From Macrostomum lignano (taxonomy: Eukaryota): DNA of 64,000 bases. Below are positions 47,795-58,326 of the stretch, piece by piece. How positions within the stretch are numbered: position 1 is the stretch's first letter; each line of letters opens with the position of its first letter. Location of the stretch: the NCBI GenBank assembly GCA_002269645.1, contig NIVC01003505.1:30483-94482 (forward strand), in the 5' to 3' direction. The notes under the pieces were generated by a model, which did not search any database, was not told the origin of the DNA, and saw nothing but the letters and a program-made list of their open reading frames with translations. The translations under genes and the position numbers were made by a program.

Positions 47795-48424
47795 GAGTTT
47801 TTTGAACAGGGTAGTGCCTAGAGCTTTAGGTAAAGCTCATCATTAAGTTCTATTTGCTATTGTCTAGAGCAGGTACTACCTGTACTCCCTGTGGTCCTCT
47901 TCGTACCGCTTTTCGATTTTCGCATTTCGCATTTCGCATTGAAGCTGCGCATTGATGAGCCTGCATGTACTCTTCAAATTTGGTCCAGAATATGCGCCTA
48001 AACTATTTATAGCACACCCAAAGTGGCCCAGCAGGTTCTCTAATAGTTTCTCTGTTTTGCTTTATCTGTCTAGTCTGCGGCAGTCATTCCAGCTGAAAGT
48101 ACACAAAATAATTTTCCATGATGGAATAACCAAGAAATCTTTGAAAACGACAATAATCAAATTGAAATATCTTTTGTGACAGCTGAGATTGGAATAAAGA
48201 CAAACACGCCTAAAAGTGAATATTTTTAAGTTGTTCCTGATTCTGGATAGGCTACCTATGTTGAAGTACTGGGGTTATTGTACTTGATAGTGAAGAATTA
48301 CCATGCCCCCATATCCCACACTCCTTGTTTGGTCGGCTTAACACAAAAAGAAACTGGAGACGTAGGTAGCATCTAGGAATTAAGGTGAGTCTTGTCTGGA
48401 TTAAAGCTTAACTCAGGACTAGTA

Positions 48425-48846
48425 TAGTATTTGTCATGCTATCTCAGCCCAGAGACATCCAAACTCAGCCAGTCCCATTCCGCAATGCGTTTTTTTGGCT
48501 CGAGCTAGTCGACTTTTACCATAGACATGCTTCCCAAGGCCATGCCATCTCAGCCCGGGACATGCAATCTCAGCCAATATAGATTTCAATTGCAAACACT
48601 TCTCGCTTCGTCTTCGTCGCTTGTTGCTCTCATTCTGTTTCATTTGCTTCGATCACAGACTAAGCCACGGACAGCTTGACATAGCATCTGAAAAGTGGCT
48701 GAGATTGCATGTCCCAGGCTGAGATAGCATGGCCCCAAGAAGCATGTCTATGGTAAAACTTGACTGGCTTACGTAAAAAATCGCACTGTCGAGATGGGCT
48801 GGCTGAGTTTGGATGTCTCTAGGCTGAGATAGCATGACAAATACTA
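48425..48846. mobile_element. 422-bp foldback MITE with TA target duplication (Tc1/mariner-like)
   Basis: ~170-bp imperfect inverted arms (TAGTATTTGTCATGCTATCTCAGCC... / ...GGCTGAGATAGCATGACAAATACTA), flanked by TA. The paralogous site near 52935 is empty. Confidence 0.88.
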
Positions 48847-49319
48847 TAGTTTTTCAACACTGAGCGCAAACTTTCTACTTCACCGATATTAATTGGTTTG
48901 CATAGCAGAATGAGGCATAAATTCTTGAGCCTGCTGTAATGGATAGCAAGCTGATCAAGCAAAGAATCACTATTGATAAGCTTCTGGATAGGCAGTGAGG
49001 CACAATAGTACAGCATAATTTGAGTCAATTTCAGCAACAACAACAAAATACTTCTCCCGCCAGCCACGCAGTGGCCAGAAAGGGTAGAAGTCAGAGAGCG
49101 TGTCTCTGGGCCATAGACCTCAAAAAGTCCATTTCGCAAAATTTGTTGTGTCACTAATTTACAAGGTTTCAAAACTGAATAACCATGGAGTATTCAACAA
49201 AACTACCGAAGCAAAGAACTCAGAAATTAACTCAATCTCATAGGACAGCGGTTGTCTATAGATAGGAGAGTGTAAGGAGTTCTTAATAAAACTGTCAGCC
49301 AAAAACTTTATCAAATAGC

Positions 49320-50309
49320 TTAGCAGCGTCGACCACAGGACTTGCAAAGATTGCTCCAGCCCCCTGTCCAAGACTGCTCACAATGCCCACAAAGCCTAAA
49401 CTGAGCTGTGGCTGTTAGCGCTGCGCATATATTGATTGCTGCTGCCGCTGATGCTGCTGATGCTGCTGCTGATGCTGCTGCTGATGCTGCTGATGCTGCT
49501 GCTGCTGCTGCTGATGCTGCTGCTGCTGCCGCTGATGCTGCTGCTGCTGTCGCTGATGCTGCTGCTGCTTTAAAAGCTTGATCTCGGCTTCCATCTTTTC
49601 CATCTTCTACGTCATTCTGCTTCTGCGCCTCAGTCTCCTCTCGGCGTTTCCGCTCCTCAGTCTGCTTATCCAGGTACTTGTACTTGCTCGGGTTCAGCTT
49701 CGATACCTCATCGATAAGGCCCATCAGCGTTGCCACCTGCCGTTCCTGCATACCCGGGTCGCACCTCTTGCCGTTGTCCATCAGCACGTAGCGGTCTCCG
49801 AAGTCCTTCATCATCTTGTCGAGCTCAGGAATTTCTTCTCGCGCGACTTTCAGCTCTTTATTTTTAAATTCGTTGATGTCGTTGTCAAAATGGTCACCTC
49901 TGCTGAACACCACGATGACGCGCTTGCACGACTCCGGACCGAACACTTCCACAGTCTGGCGGATAGCCAGGCACTCTTCGTTTGTGAAGCGGACGTCCGC
50001 TCTGGCGACCACGAGAAAGGCGTCAACGCCGCACGGACACTTGTTCAGCGTGCGCAGCAGCTCACCCTGCGGCATGTTAACGTCCTTGGAGTCCATGGTT
50101 CCGGGAGTGTCCACCACCAGCAGGCTGCGACCGCGGACCGTTCGCATCTGCGCCTCGCACTGCTTCGTCTGCGACCTCATGCCATTTCCGACTTTGAAGC
50201 TTTCCTCCTCCATTAGGGTGTTGGCTAGAGAGCTCTTTCCGCTGCCTGTCTTGCTCATCAGCACCACCGTTGTCATCTGGCTGGAGTCTTGCGGCTGATC
50301 GGCTGACAT
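49320..50309 (-). CDS. GIMAP: AIG1/GIMAP-family GTPase, copy 2 (329 aa; frameshift-derived polyAla + CxxC tail)
   Basis: GTPase domain is the same as copy 1 in the ORF translation; the 3' end matches copy 3. Confidence 0.85.
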   Translation of the reverse strand: MSADQPQDSSQMTTVVLMSKTGSGKSSLANTLMEEESFKVGNGMRSQTKQCEAQMRTVRGRSLLVVDTPGTMDSKDVNMPQGELLRTLNKCPCGVDAFLVVARADVRFTNEECLAIRQTVEVFGPESCKRVIVVFSRGDHFDNDINEFKNKELKVAREEIPELDKMMKDFGDRYVLMDNGKRCDPGMQERQVATLMGLIDEVSKLNPSKYKYLDKQTEERKRREETEAQKQNDVEDGKDGSRDQAFKAAAASATAAAASAAAAAASAAAAAASAASAAASAAASAASAAAAINICAALTATAQFRLCGHCEQSWTGGWSNLCKSCGRRC

Positions 50310-50980
50310 TGCTGTAGTGCAGTCTTCTCTGTAGGTTAGAGATGGCTTAGTAGTTTTCTGTTCTTGGAGCTTTGAACACCCGCTGTATATATAGAGTTTT
50401 TTGAACAGAGTAGTTCCTCGAGTTTTAGGTAAAGCTCATCAATAAACTCTATTTGCCATTGTCAAGAGCAGGTAGTACCTGCACAACATTCTTTAATGTG
50501 GTCCTCGTACCGCTTTTCGATTTTCACTTTTCGTATTTCGCATTGAAGCTGTGCATTGATGAGCATGCATGTACTCTTCAAATTTGGTCCAGAATGTACG
50601 CCTAAACTATTTATAGCACACCCAAGTGCTCCAGTAGTTTCTCTGTTTGCTTTAGCTGTCTAGTCTGCTGCAGTCATTCCAGCTGAATGTACACAAAATA
50701 ATTTTCCATGATGAAATAACCAGGAAAATCCTTGAAACCGACAATAATCAAATTGTAATATTTTCGTGACAGCTGAGATTGAAAGAAAGACAAAACACGC
50801 CTACTGGCCTTGTAAAAAGTGCATCTTTTTAAAGTTGTTCCTGATTGTAGATAGGCTACCTATGTTGAAGTACTGGGGTTATGCACTTGACGTACCATGA
50901 TAGTGAAGAATTACCATGCCCCTTTATCCCACTCCTTGTTTGCTCGGCTTAACACAAAACGAAACTGGAGCCGCAGATTC

Positions 50981-51300
50981 AGTCCTAGAGACGCAGGTTC
51001 AGTCCTGGAGACGCAGGTTCAGTCCTGGAGACGCAGGTTCAGTCCTGGAGACGCAGGTTCAGTCCTGGAGACGCAGGTTCAGTCCTGGAGACGCAGGTTC
51101 AGTCCTGGAGACGCAGGTTCAGTCCTGGAGACGCAGGTTCAGTCCTGGAGACGCAGGTTCAGTCCTGGAGACGCAGGTTCAGTCCTGGAGACGCAGGTTC
51201 AGTCCTGGAGACGCAGGTTCAGTCCTGGAGACGCAGGTTCAGTCCTGGAGACGCAGGTTCAGTCCTGGAGACGCAGGTTCAGTCCTGGAGACGCAGATTC
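50981..51300. repeat. 20-bp minisatellite (AGTCCTGGAGACGCAGGTTC)n, 16 copies
   Basis: Near-perfect tandem units. Confidence 0.97.
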
Positions 51301-51435
51301 GTGACGGTGAGCGCTTCCTGCAGCCGCCATGACTTGCTGTTGGAAAATAATTGGAAGCGAAATGTTCTTTATACTATATTGTGTCAAATATTGTATTGTT
51401 ATTTGCTATTGAATATTAAATGAGCCCGACAAGGA

Positions 51436-52430
51436 GGCCGCTCCTGGGGAGGAGCAGCGGGCGCACCCAAGACCGGCGGCCAACCCTGAGGGGCATAGCA
51501 ACCGAGGGGTGGACGCGCGGACCGGCCCGCACGAAAAGACAGGAAAAGAACTCAGAACTGGCTTCCCCCAAACACTCTAACTCAAACAGAGTAAAACTGA
51601 TGAGTCTAACCGCCTAACCCTCGCCCCCGTAGCAACCCGCGTGTCAACCCCCGCGTTTTAAATCTTATTGCTTGAGCTGTGTTATGTAAACCTTGTCGTC
51701 GTTAGCTCACGATATCTCACCCCATCGACGCCAGGGGATGAAATTGTAGGAAGTCTGCTCAGTTATGTAACTTGAGTATTCATCTAAGAATCGTCAAGAG
51801 GCTTCGTCAAGCCTCAGTGGTATCTCTCTGCCTCTTTCTACAGAAGTGCTGAAATTTTGTCATCGGAAGTTTTCGTCCGCCTGAGGTTATAACGGAATAC
51901 GAGAGTTTACAATGGCATTGCTGCAGATTCATAATTTTTTCCTTCCTTGCCTATCCAATCCAGCCCTACAAACTCGCGCACTTGTCTTTAAACAAAGAAA
52001 CTATCCTTCATCAAAAAAGCCTTACAATAGTTGCTGAATAACCCCATCGATTCCTCAGTGTCAGAATCAGGAAAAGTTTCCAGTGTGTCAGAAGCAGAAC
52101 AGCAGTCACCCGAGACGGCTCGCAGAATTTGAAAGCTCACGATGGAGTCAAAAACAGTTTTTGCGCCTCTGCTCTCAATTCCTTCCATCGCCTACTTGTG
52201 TTCTGCTTGCCTGCCTTGGGAACTACTTTCAGAAAAGCAGCTTCAGCCCAGAGCTGCGGGGGCCATTGTCTCTGACTACAAGCTCACGTGAGGCGGCTGT
52301 GGTGAAATTCTGATTAATCTACATTTGTGTCTTTTCTGTTATTTGTATTTTATTTTCTAGTTATGCAGTATTAGTTCAAAATCCTACCAGAAGATTAGCA
52401 GCCTTTGACTGCGCAAATCGCAGATATACA
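51436..52430. repeat. ~1-kb duplicated non-coding block (second copy ~55075-56030), part of the GIMAP tandem unit
   Basis: High-identity direct match from GCAACCGAGGGGTGGACGCGCGG to CCTTTGACTGCGCAAATC. Confidence 0.9.
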
Positions 52431-52553
52431 AAAAATAATTTACGTAGTAAAAAATTTACAGAGATTCTGTAGTCTCGACAATAATTCATTAGTTTGTATG
52501 AACACAGGCTGTTTCTTTTATTTTCTATTGAACAACAATGACCTTGTCATTGA

Positions 52554-52625
52554 TGCGGCCCGAACGGAATCGAACTCGGGACTTTGACACAAGAGTCCAA
52601 CGCAATTCTATTTAACTACTTGCCC
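52554..52625 (-). other. Degenerate tRNA-like head (tRNA pseudogene or SINE fragment)
   Basis: The minus strand has a B box GAGTTCGATTCC and a weak A box over about 72 nt, but poor cloverleaf pairing. Confidence 0.35.
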
Positions 52626-53410
52626 CCAATTTAGTGAAATCAGATTGAAGAACATAGGAACTTCCTAGCAGAACTATCTTCAATGATTTTTTCTGCTAGG
52701 CCCTTGATTAAGTTACCACAGGCACATAATATCGCGTAGAACACGGATAACTTTATATTTATTCTTGGCTATTAAAAGTTTATGCAATCGGAAGGAGCCA
52801 TGCTCGAAGTGTGGCTTGTTGGTACAAATACCTGTATTAAATATTTTATATTTATTCTCACTGTTTTTACACCAATAGCATCTAGGACTTTAATTAAGGT
52901 GAGTCTTGTCTGGATTAAAGCTTAACTCAGGACTACTAATTTTTTAACACTGAGCGCAAACTTTCTACTTCACCGATATTAATTGGTTTGCATAGCAGAA
53001 TGAGGCATAAATTCTTGAGCCTGCTGTAATGGATAGCAAGCTGATCAAGCAAAGAATCACTATTGATAAGCTTCTGGATAGGCAGTGAGGCACAATAGTA
53101 CAGCATAATTTGAGTCAATTTCAGCAACAACAACAAAATACTTCTCCCGCCAGCCACACAGTGGCCAGAAAGGGTAGAAGTCAGAGAGCGTGTCTCTGGG
53201 CCATAGACCTCAAAAAGTCCATTTCGCAAAATTTGTTGTGTCACTAATTTACAAGGTTTCATAAACTGAATAACCATGGAGTATTCAACAAAACTACCAA
53301 AGCAAAGAACTCAGAAATTAACTCAATCTCATAGGACAGCGGTTTTCTATAGATAGGAGAGTGTAAGGAGTTCTTAAGAAAACTGTCAGCCAAAAACTTT
53401 ATCAAATAGC

Positions 53411-54355
53411 TTAGCAGCGTCGACCACAGGACTTGCAATGATTGCTCAAGCCTCCTGTCCGAGACTGCTCACAATGCCCACAAAGCCTAAACTGAGCTGT
53501 GGCTGTTGGCGCTGCGCATATATTGATTGCTGCTGCCGCTGATGCTGCTGATGCTGCTGCTGATGCTGCTGCTGATGCTGCTGATGCTGCTGCTGCTGCT
53601 GCTGATGCTGTTTCTTTAAAAGCTTGATCTCGGCTTCCATCTTTTCCATCTTCTACGTCATTCTGCTTCTGGGCCTCAGCCTCCTCTCGGCGTTTCCGCT
53701 CCTCAGTCTGCTTATCCAGGTACTTGTACTTGCTCGGGTTCAGCTTCGATACCTCATCGATAAGGCCCATCAGCGATGCCACCTGCCGTTCCTGCACTTC
53801 CGTGTCGCACCTCTTGCCGTTGTCCATCAGCACATAGCGGTCTCCGAAGTCCTTCATCATCTTGTCGAATCCAGGAATTTCTTCTCGCGCGACCTTCAGC
53901 TCTTTATTTTTAAATTCGTTGATGTCGTTGTCAAAATGGTCACCTCTGCTGAACACCACGATGACGCGCTTGCACGACTCCGGGCCGAACACGTCCACAG
54001 TCTGGCGGATGGCCTGGCACTCTTCGTTGGTGAAGCGCACGTCCGCTCTGGCGACCACGAGAAAGGCGTCAACGCCGCACGGACACTTGTTCAGGGTGCG
54101 CAGCAGCTCACCCTGCGGCATGTTAACGTCCTTGGAGTCCATGGTTCCGGGAGTGTCCACCACCAGCAGGCTGCGACCGCGGACCGTTCGCATCTGCGCC
54201 TCGCACTGCTTCGTCTGCCACCTCATGCCGTTTCCGACTATGAAGCTTTTCTCGTTCATTAGGGTGTTGGCTAGAGAGCTCTTTCCGCTGCCCGTCTTGC
54301 TCATCAGCACCACCGTTGTCATCTGGCTGGAGTCTTGTGGCTGTTCGGCTGACAT
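53411..54355 (-). CDS. GIMAP: AIG1/GIMAP-family GTPase, copy 3 (314 aa; frameshift-derived polyAla + CxxC tail)
   Basis: Same G motifs as the other copies; it differs from copies 1 and 2 by about 16 amino-acid substitutions in the N-terminal 210 aa. Confidence 0.85.
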   Translation of the reverse strand: MSAEQPQDSSQMTTVVLMSKTGSGKSSLANTLMNEKSFIVGNGMRWQTKQCEAQMRTVRGRSLLVVDTPGTMDSKDVNMPQGELLRTLNKCPCGVDAFLVVARADVRFTNEECQAIRQTVDVFGPESCKRVIVVFSRGDHFDNDINEFKNKELKVAREEIPGFDKMMKDFGDRYVLMDNGKRCDTEVQERQVASLMGLIDEVSKLNPSKYKYLDKQTEERKRREEAEAQKQNDVEDGKDGSRDQAFKETASAAAAAASAASAAASAAASAASAAAAINICAAPTATAQFRLCGHCEQSRTGGLSNHCKSCGRRC

Positions 54356-56121
54356 TGCTGTAGTGCAGTCTTCTCTGTAGGTTAGAGATGGCTTAGTAGT
54401 TTTCTGTTCTTGAAACTTTGAACACCCGCTGTATATATAGAGTTTTGTGAACAGAGTAGTGCCTAGAGCTTTAGGTAAAGCTCATCATTAAGTTATATTT
54501 GCTATTGTCTAGAGCAGGTAGTACCTGTACTGCCTCCCTGTGGTCCTCTTCGTACCGCTTTTCGATTTTCGCATTTCGCATTTCGCACTGAAGTTGTGCA
54601 TTGATGAGCCTGCATGTACTCTTCAAATTTGGTCCAGAATGTACGCCTGAACTATTTATAGCACATCCAAGTGGCCCAGCAGGTTCTCTAATAGCTTCTC
54701 TGTTTGCTTTAGCTGTTTGATCTGCTGCAGCCATTTCAGCTGAAAGTACGCAAAATTATTTTCCATAATGGAATAACCAGGAAATCTTTGAAACCGACAA
54801 TAATCAAACTGTAATACTTTCCTGACAGCTGAGATTGAAAGAAAGGCAAAACACGGCTACTTGCCTCGTAAAAATTGCATCTTTTGTTTCTGATTGTAGA
54901 TAGGCTACCTATGTTGAAGTACTGGGGTTATGCACTTGACGTACCATGATAGTAAAGAATTACCATGCCCCTTTATCCCACTCCTTGTTTGCTCGGCTTA
55001 ACACAAAACAAAACTGAAGACGCAGATTTAGTCCTGGAGACGAATATTAAATTCAATAACAAATTACAATACAACCCCCGAGGGGCGTAGCAACCGAAGG
55101 GTGGACGCGCGGACCGGCCCGCACGAAAAGACAGCAAAAGAACTCAGAACTGACTTCCCCCAAACACTCTAACTCAAACAGAGTAAAACTGATGAGTCTA
55201 ACCGCCTAACCCTCGCCCCGTAGCAACCCGCGTGTCAACCCCGCGTTTTAAATCTTATTGCTTGAGCTGTGTTACCTGTGTAAACCTTGTCGTCGTTAGC
55301 TCACGATATCTCACCCCATCGACGCCAGGGGATGAAATTGTAGGAAGTCTGCTCAGTTATGTAACTTGAGTATCCATCTAAGAAGCGCCAAGAGGCTTCG
55401 TCAAGCCTCAGTGGTATCTCTGGCTCTGTATACAGAAGTGCTGAAATTTTGTCATCTAAGCAGGTTTTCTTCCGCCTGAGGTTATAACGGAATACGAGAG
55501 TTTACAATGGCATTGCTGCAGATTCATAATTTTTTCCTTCCTTGCCTATCCAATCCAAACCCTACAAACTCGCGTACTTGTCTTTAAACAAAGAAACTCT
55601 CCTTCATCAAAAAAGCCTTCAAAAGACTTCGTAGTTGCTGAATAACCCCATCGATTCCTCAGTGTCAGAATCAGGAAAAGTTTCCAGTGTGTCACAAACA
55701 GAACAGCAGTCACCCGAGACTGCTCGCAGAATTTGAAAGCTCACGATGAAGTCAAAAACAGTTTTTGCGCCTCTGCTCTCAATTCCTTCCATCGCCTACT
55801 TGTTTTCTGCTTGCCTGCCTTGGGAACTACTTTCAGAAAAGCAGCTTCAGCCCAGAGCTGCGGGGGCCATTGTCTCTGACTACAAGCTCACGTGAGGCGG
55901 CTGTGGTGAAATTCTGATTAATCTACATTTGTGTCTTTTCTGTTATTTGTATTTTATTTTCTAGTTATGCAGTATTAGTTCAAAATCCTACCAGAAGATT
56001 AGCAGCCTTTGACTGCGCAAATCACAGGCATACGAATGCAATATTTTACATCAGTATAAATTCTACTCAAGGTGATTCAGACTACTGTAAATTACTGTTT
56101 TTAACACATGCACAGGCTGTT

Positions 56122-56460
56122 TATGTTCTGCCTCTCCGGCGTCGAGAATGCGGAGCACTTTATCTGTAAATGCCCCACCTTTACTCAGGACAGGCTCACC
56201 TACCTCGGCCCAAACCCGGACCTCTCCGACGTTTTCAGTCTCGAGAATCTCTGCCAGCTCGTCCGCTACCTAAGAGCTACCGGGCGGACGACAAACCACC
56301 TCCTGGACTCTCCGGAGGGGGACCGCGCTGCGGACACCGGCACCACTGGAACTCCCTGCGCGACACCGCGCAGCACCAGCTGCCCGTGGTCACCAGGGTT
56401 TAGCGAAATGGGCGGCAACGCCTCCTCGCTGTTTCCGGACTCCGGACTCCGGCCCCAGAG
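56122..56460 (+). mobile_element. 5'-truncated non-LTR retrotransposon 3' end (C-terminal zinc knuckle and 3' UTR)
   Basis: [26 protein letters not shown]...[10 protein letters not shown] matches the CxxC-x7-H-x4-C...LG...FL..TG tail I recognise from I/R1/Loa-group LINE ORF2. It is GC-rich relative to its flanks and begins where homology to the paralogous site near 52510 stops. Confidence 0.7.
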
Positions 56461-57027
56461 AAAAACGCGTATACTGATCGATTCCTCAGTGCCAGAAGCA
56501 GACAAGTCTTCAGTTCGTTGGTCGCAGGAAAAATTTTCAATGCTGCAAAACTGCTTCAAAAATGCTTCGAAACTGTTTGATGCTTTAGCATCTGAGTTCG
56601 AGCATCAGTGCGCAATTGCACAGGTTGCTAAACTGGTTGTGATGTGACTGTTTAGAAAAAGTAAAAAAGTATTTCTAATCAATCACCGATGCTCCACGGT
56701 GCGTAATAACAATTAAAAAGGCACACGTTGTGTCAGCAGCAGTATAACAGTCTCATGTGGCTCCAAAAGTATTCGTCCTACGACGTTTACCACAATTTCT
56801 TGCCAGTATTTCCCTCATCGTAGGACAAAGAGTCAGATAGTGTGGTGAAGATTTTTGCTGATGAGTGTCAATCTTAAAGTTTTTTCCGTGTTGGAAAATT
56901 TTATATGGGAAGTGAGCCTTCGGACTCAGCCAATTTCACAGGTATAGGTGTGCAAGAACTAGAGGACATCAAACGGCTTGAAAAGTCGGCATCTACCTTA
57001 GCAGCTACTGAGAATTCTTAAAACCTA

Positions 57028-57292
57028 GAGCCTAGTGGTTAGAGCGTCGGACTCACGACTGGAAGGTTGGAGGTTCGATTCTCGACCCAATTAGAACAAT
57101 TTGTGTCCTTGAGCGAGACAACTTAACTCTGCATTGCTTCAGTTCACCCAGCTGTAAAATGGGTGCCAGCATTAGCTGGAGTAATTCAGGGTGTGTGTGT
57201 CGACCAACCAGTCCTTGGACTGAATAGCCGTACGCTGCTTTCAGATGTCGTTTGTTTATCTGCCCATTAAGTCAGTAGTAATCAGTTATTTA
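57028..57292 (+). mobile_element. tRNA-derived SINE, copy 2
   Basis: Matches 45490-45715 (A and B boxes, core domain, TAATCAGTTA tail). Confidence 0.85.
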
Positions 57293-57608
57293 ATTATTAT
57301 TTATTGTACTCGAAATCTGGTCGGCATCTGAACTGCAGCAAATTTAGACCTATTTCTAACTTATCACTTTATCTGCGATCATAGGTAATCAGCATTCAGT
57401 AGTGCGTAGCCAATCGCAATAGGCTTTCTAGCATTTTCCAGAATGTCGTAGACAATAATGGAAACCACCTGATTGGATAGTAATCTACATCTAGTTACTG
57501 CCTGCACTCGCAACAGGATAAAAGACTGATTCGACTAAGAACTAAGATAGCACTAGCACTATCATTAAGACTCCAAAGACTTAAACTGTCGCCTTGTAGT
57601 TCTTCTCA

Positions 57609-58326
57609 ATGAGCATTTCCCAGCTGCAGTCGGCGTTGCTGTGCGCCCTCTTGACCTGTGCGGCTGGCAGGGTGGCTCATTTCTCTTATGTCGGTTGCTA
57701 CCAAGACGCCGCTAACCCAAACAGAGACTTGACAGGCCTGAAAACACTGAAAGGACTTAACAATCTGGGATCGTACATCACCGACGGTGCATTAATGTAC
57801 AGCCCTGACATGACGCTCGGGGTCTGCAGCAACTTCTGCTCTCTGTTCGGCTTCCCTACTTCGGCGTGCAGGTCGGCAAGCAGTGCTTCTGCGGCAGCTC
57901 CTACGGACTCCACGGACAGCTCAGCGATAGCAAATGTAACAGCCAGTGCAAGGGAAACCCAGAGCAGATTTGCGGTGGCTTCACCATCAACTCCGTGTTC
58001 GCTCTGCACTACCCAAGTAAGTTAACATTGCTCCGTTCTCTTGGAGTTGCGAATTTATCTAATTGAGTAGGTTTTTGTTGGAACCACAACTTCCAGAAAG
58101 CAATGCCTACACTGTGCTGAAGGACATCACGGTGACCTCTGCCGTGGACTCGTCCTGGCCGGCCGCTGCCCAGTCTGACGCGGACTGCCTGCTCCAGTGC
58201 AGCGCCAGAGCCAACTGCAGCGCCGCCGTCTTCTCGAAGCAGCTGCTCGCCTGCCGCCTGCTGCCGTTCGCCTTCCCGCCAGCCAGCCTGACCGGACCGG
58301 AGTGGGCTGTGTTCATCAAAACTTAG
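57609..58326 (+). pseudogene. Secreted WSC + PAN/apple-like protein, copy A, join(57609-58016, 58097-58326), with a 1-nt frameshift near 57855 (pseudogene or assembly error)
   Basis: Signal peptide, YVGCYQD...CSNFC...YFGVQVGKQCFCG...C...C.GNPEQICGG (WSC); exon 2 CLLQCSARANCSAAVF...ACRL (PAN/apple-like). TTCCCTAC here versus TTTCCATAC in copy B. 80-nt phase-1 intron. Confidence 0.8.

Noticed and set aside
51520-51620. Hammerhead ribozyme suggested by CTGATGAG with an upstream CGAAA (also at ~55120-55200)
   Set aside because: I could not form stems I-III; stem II gives only 2 bp.
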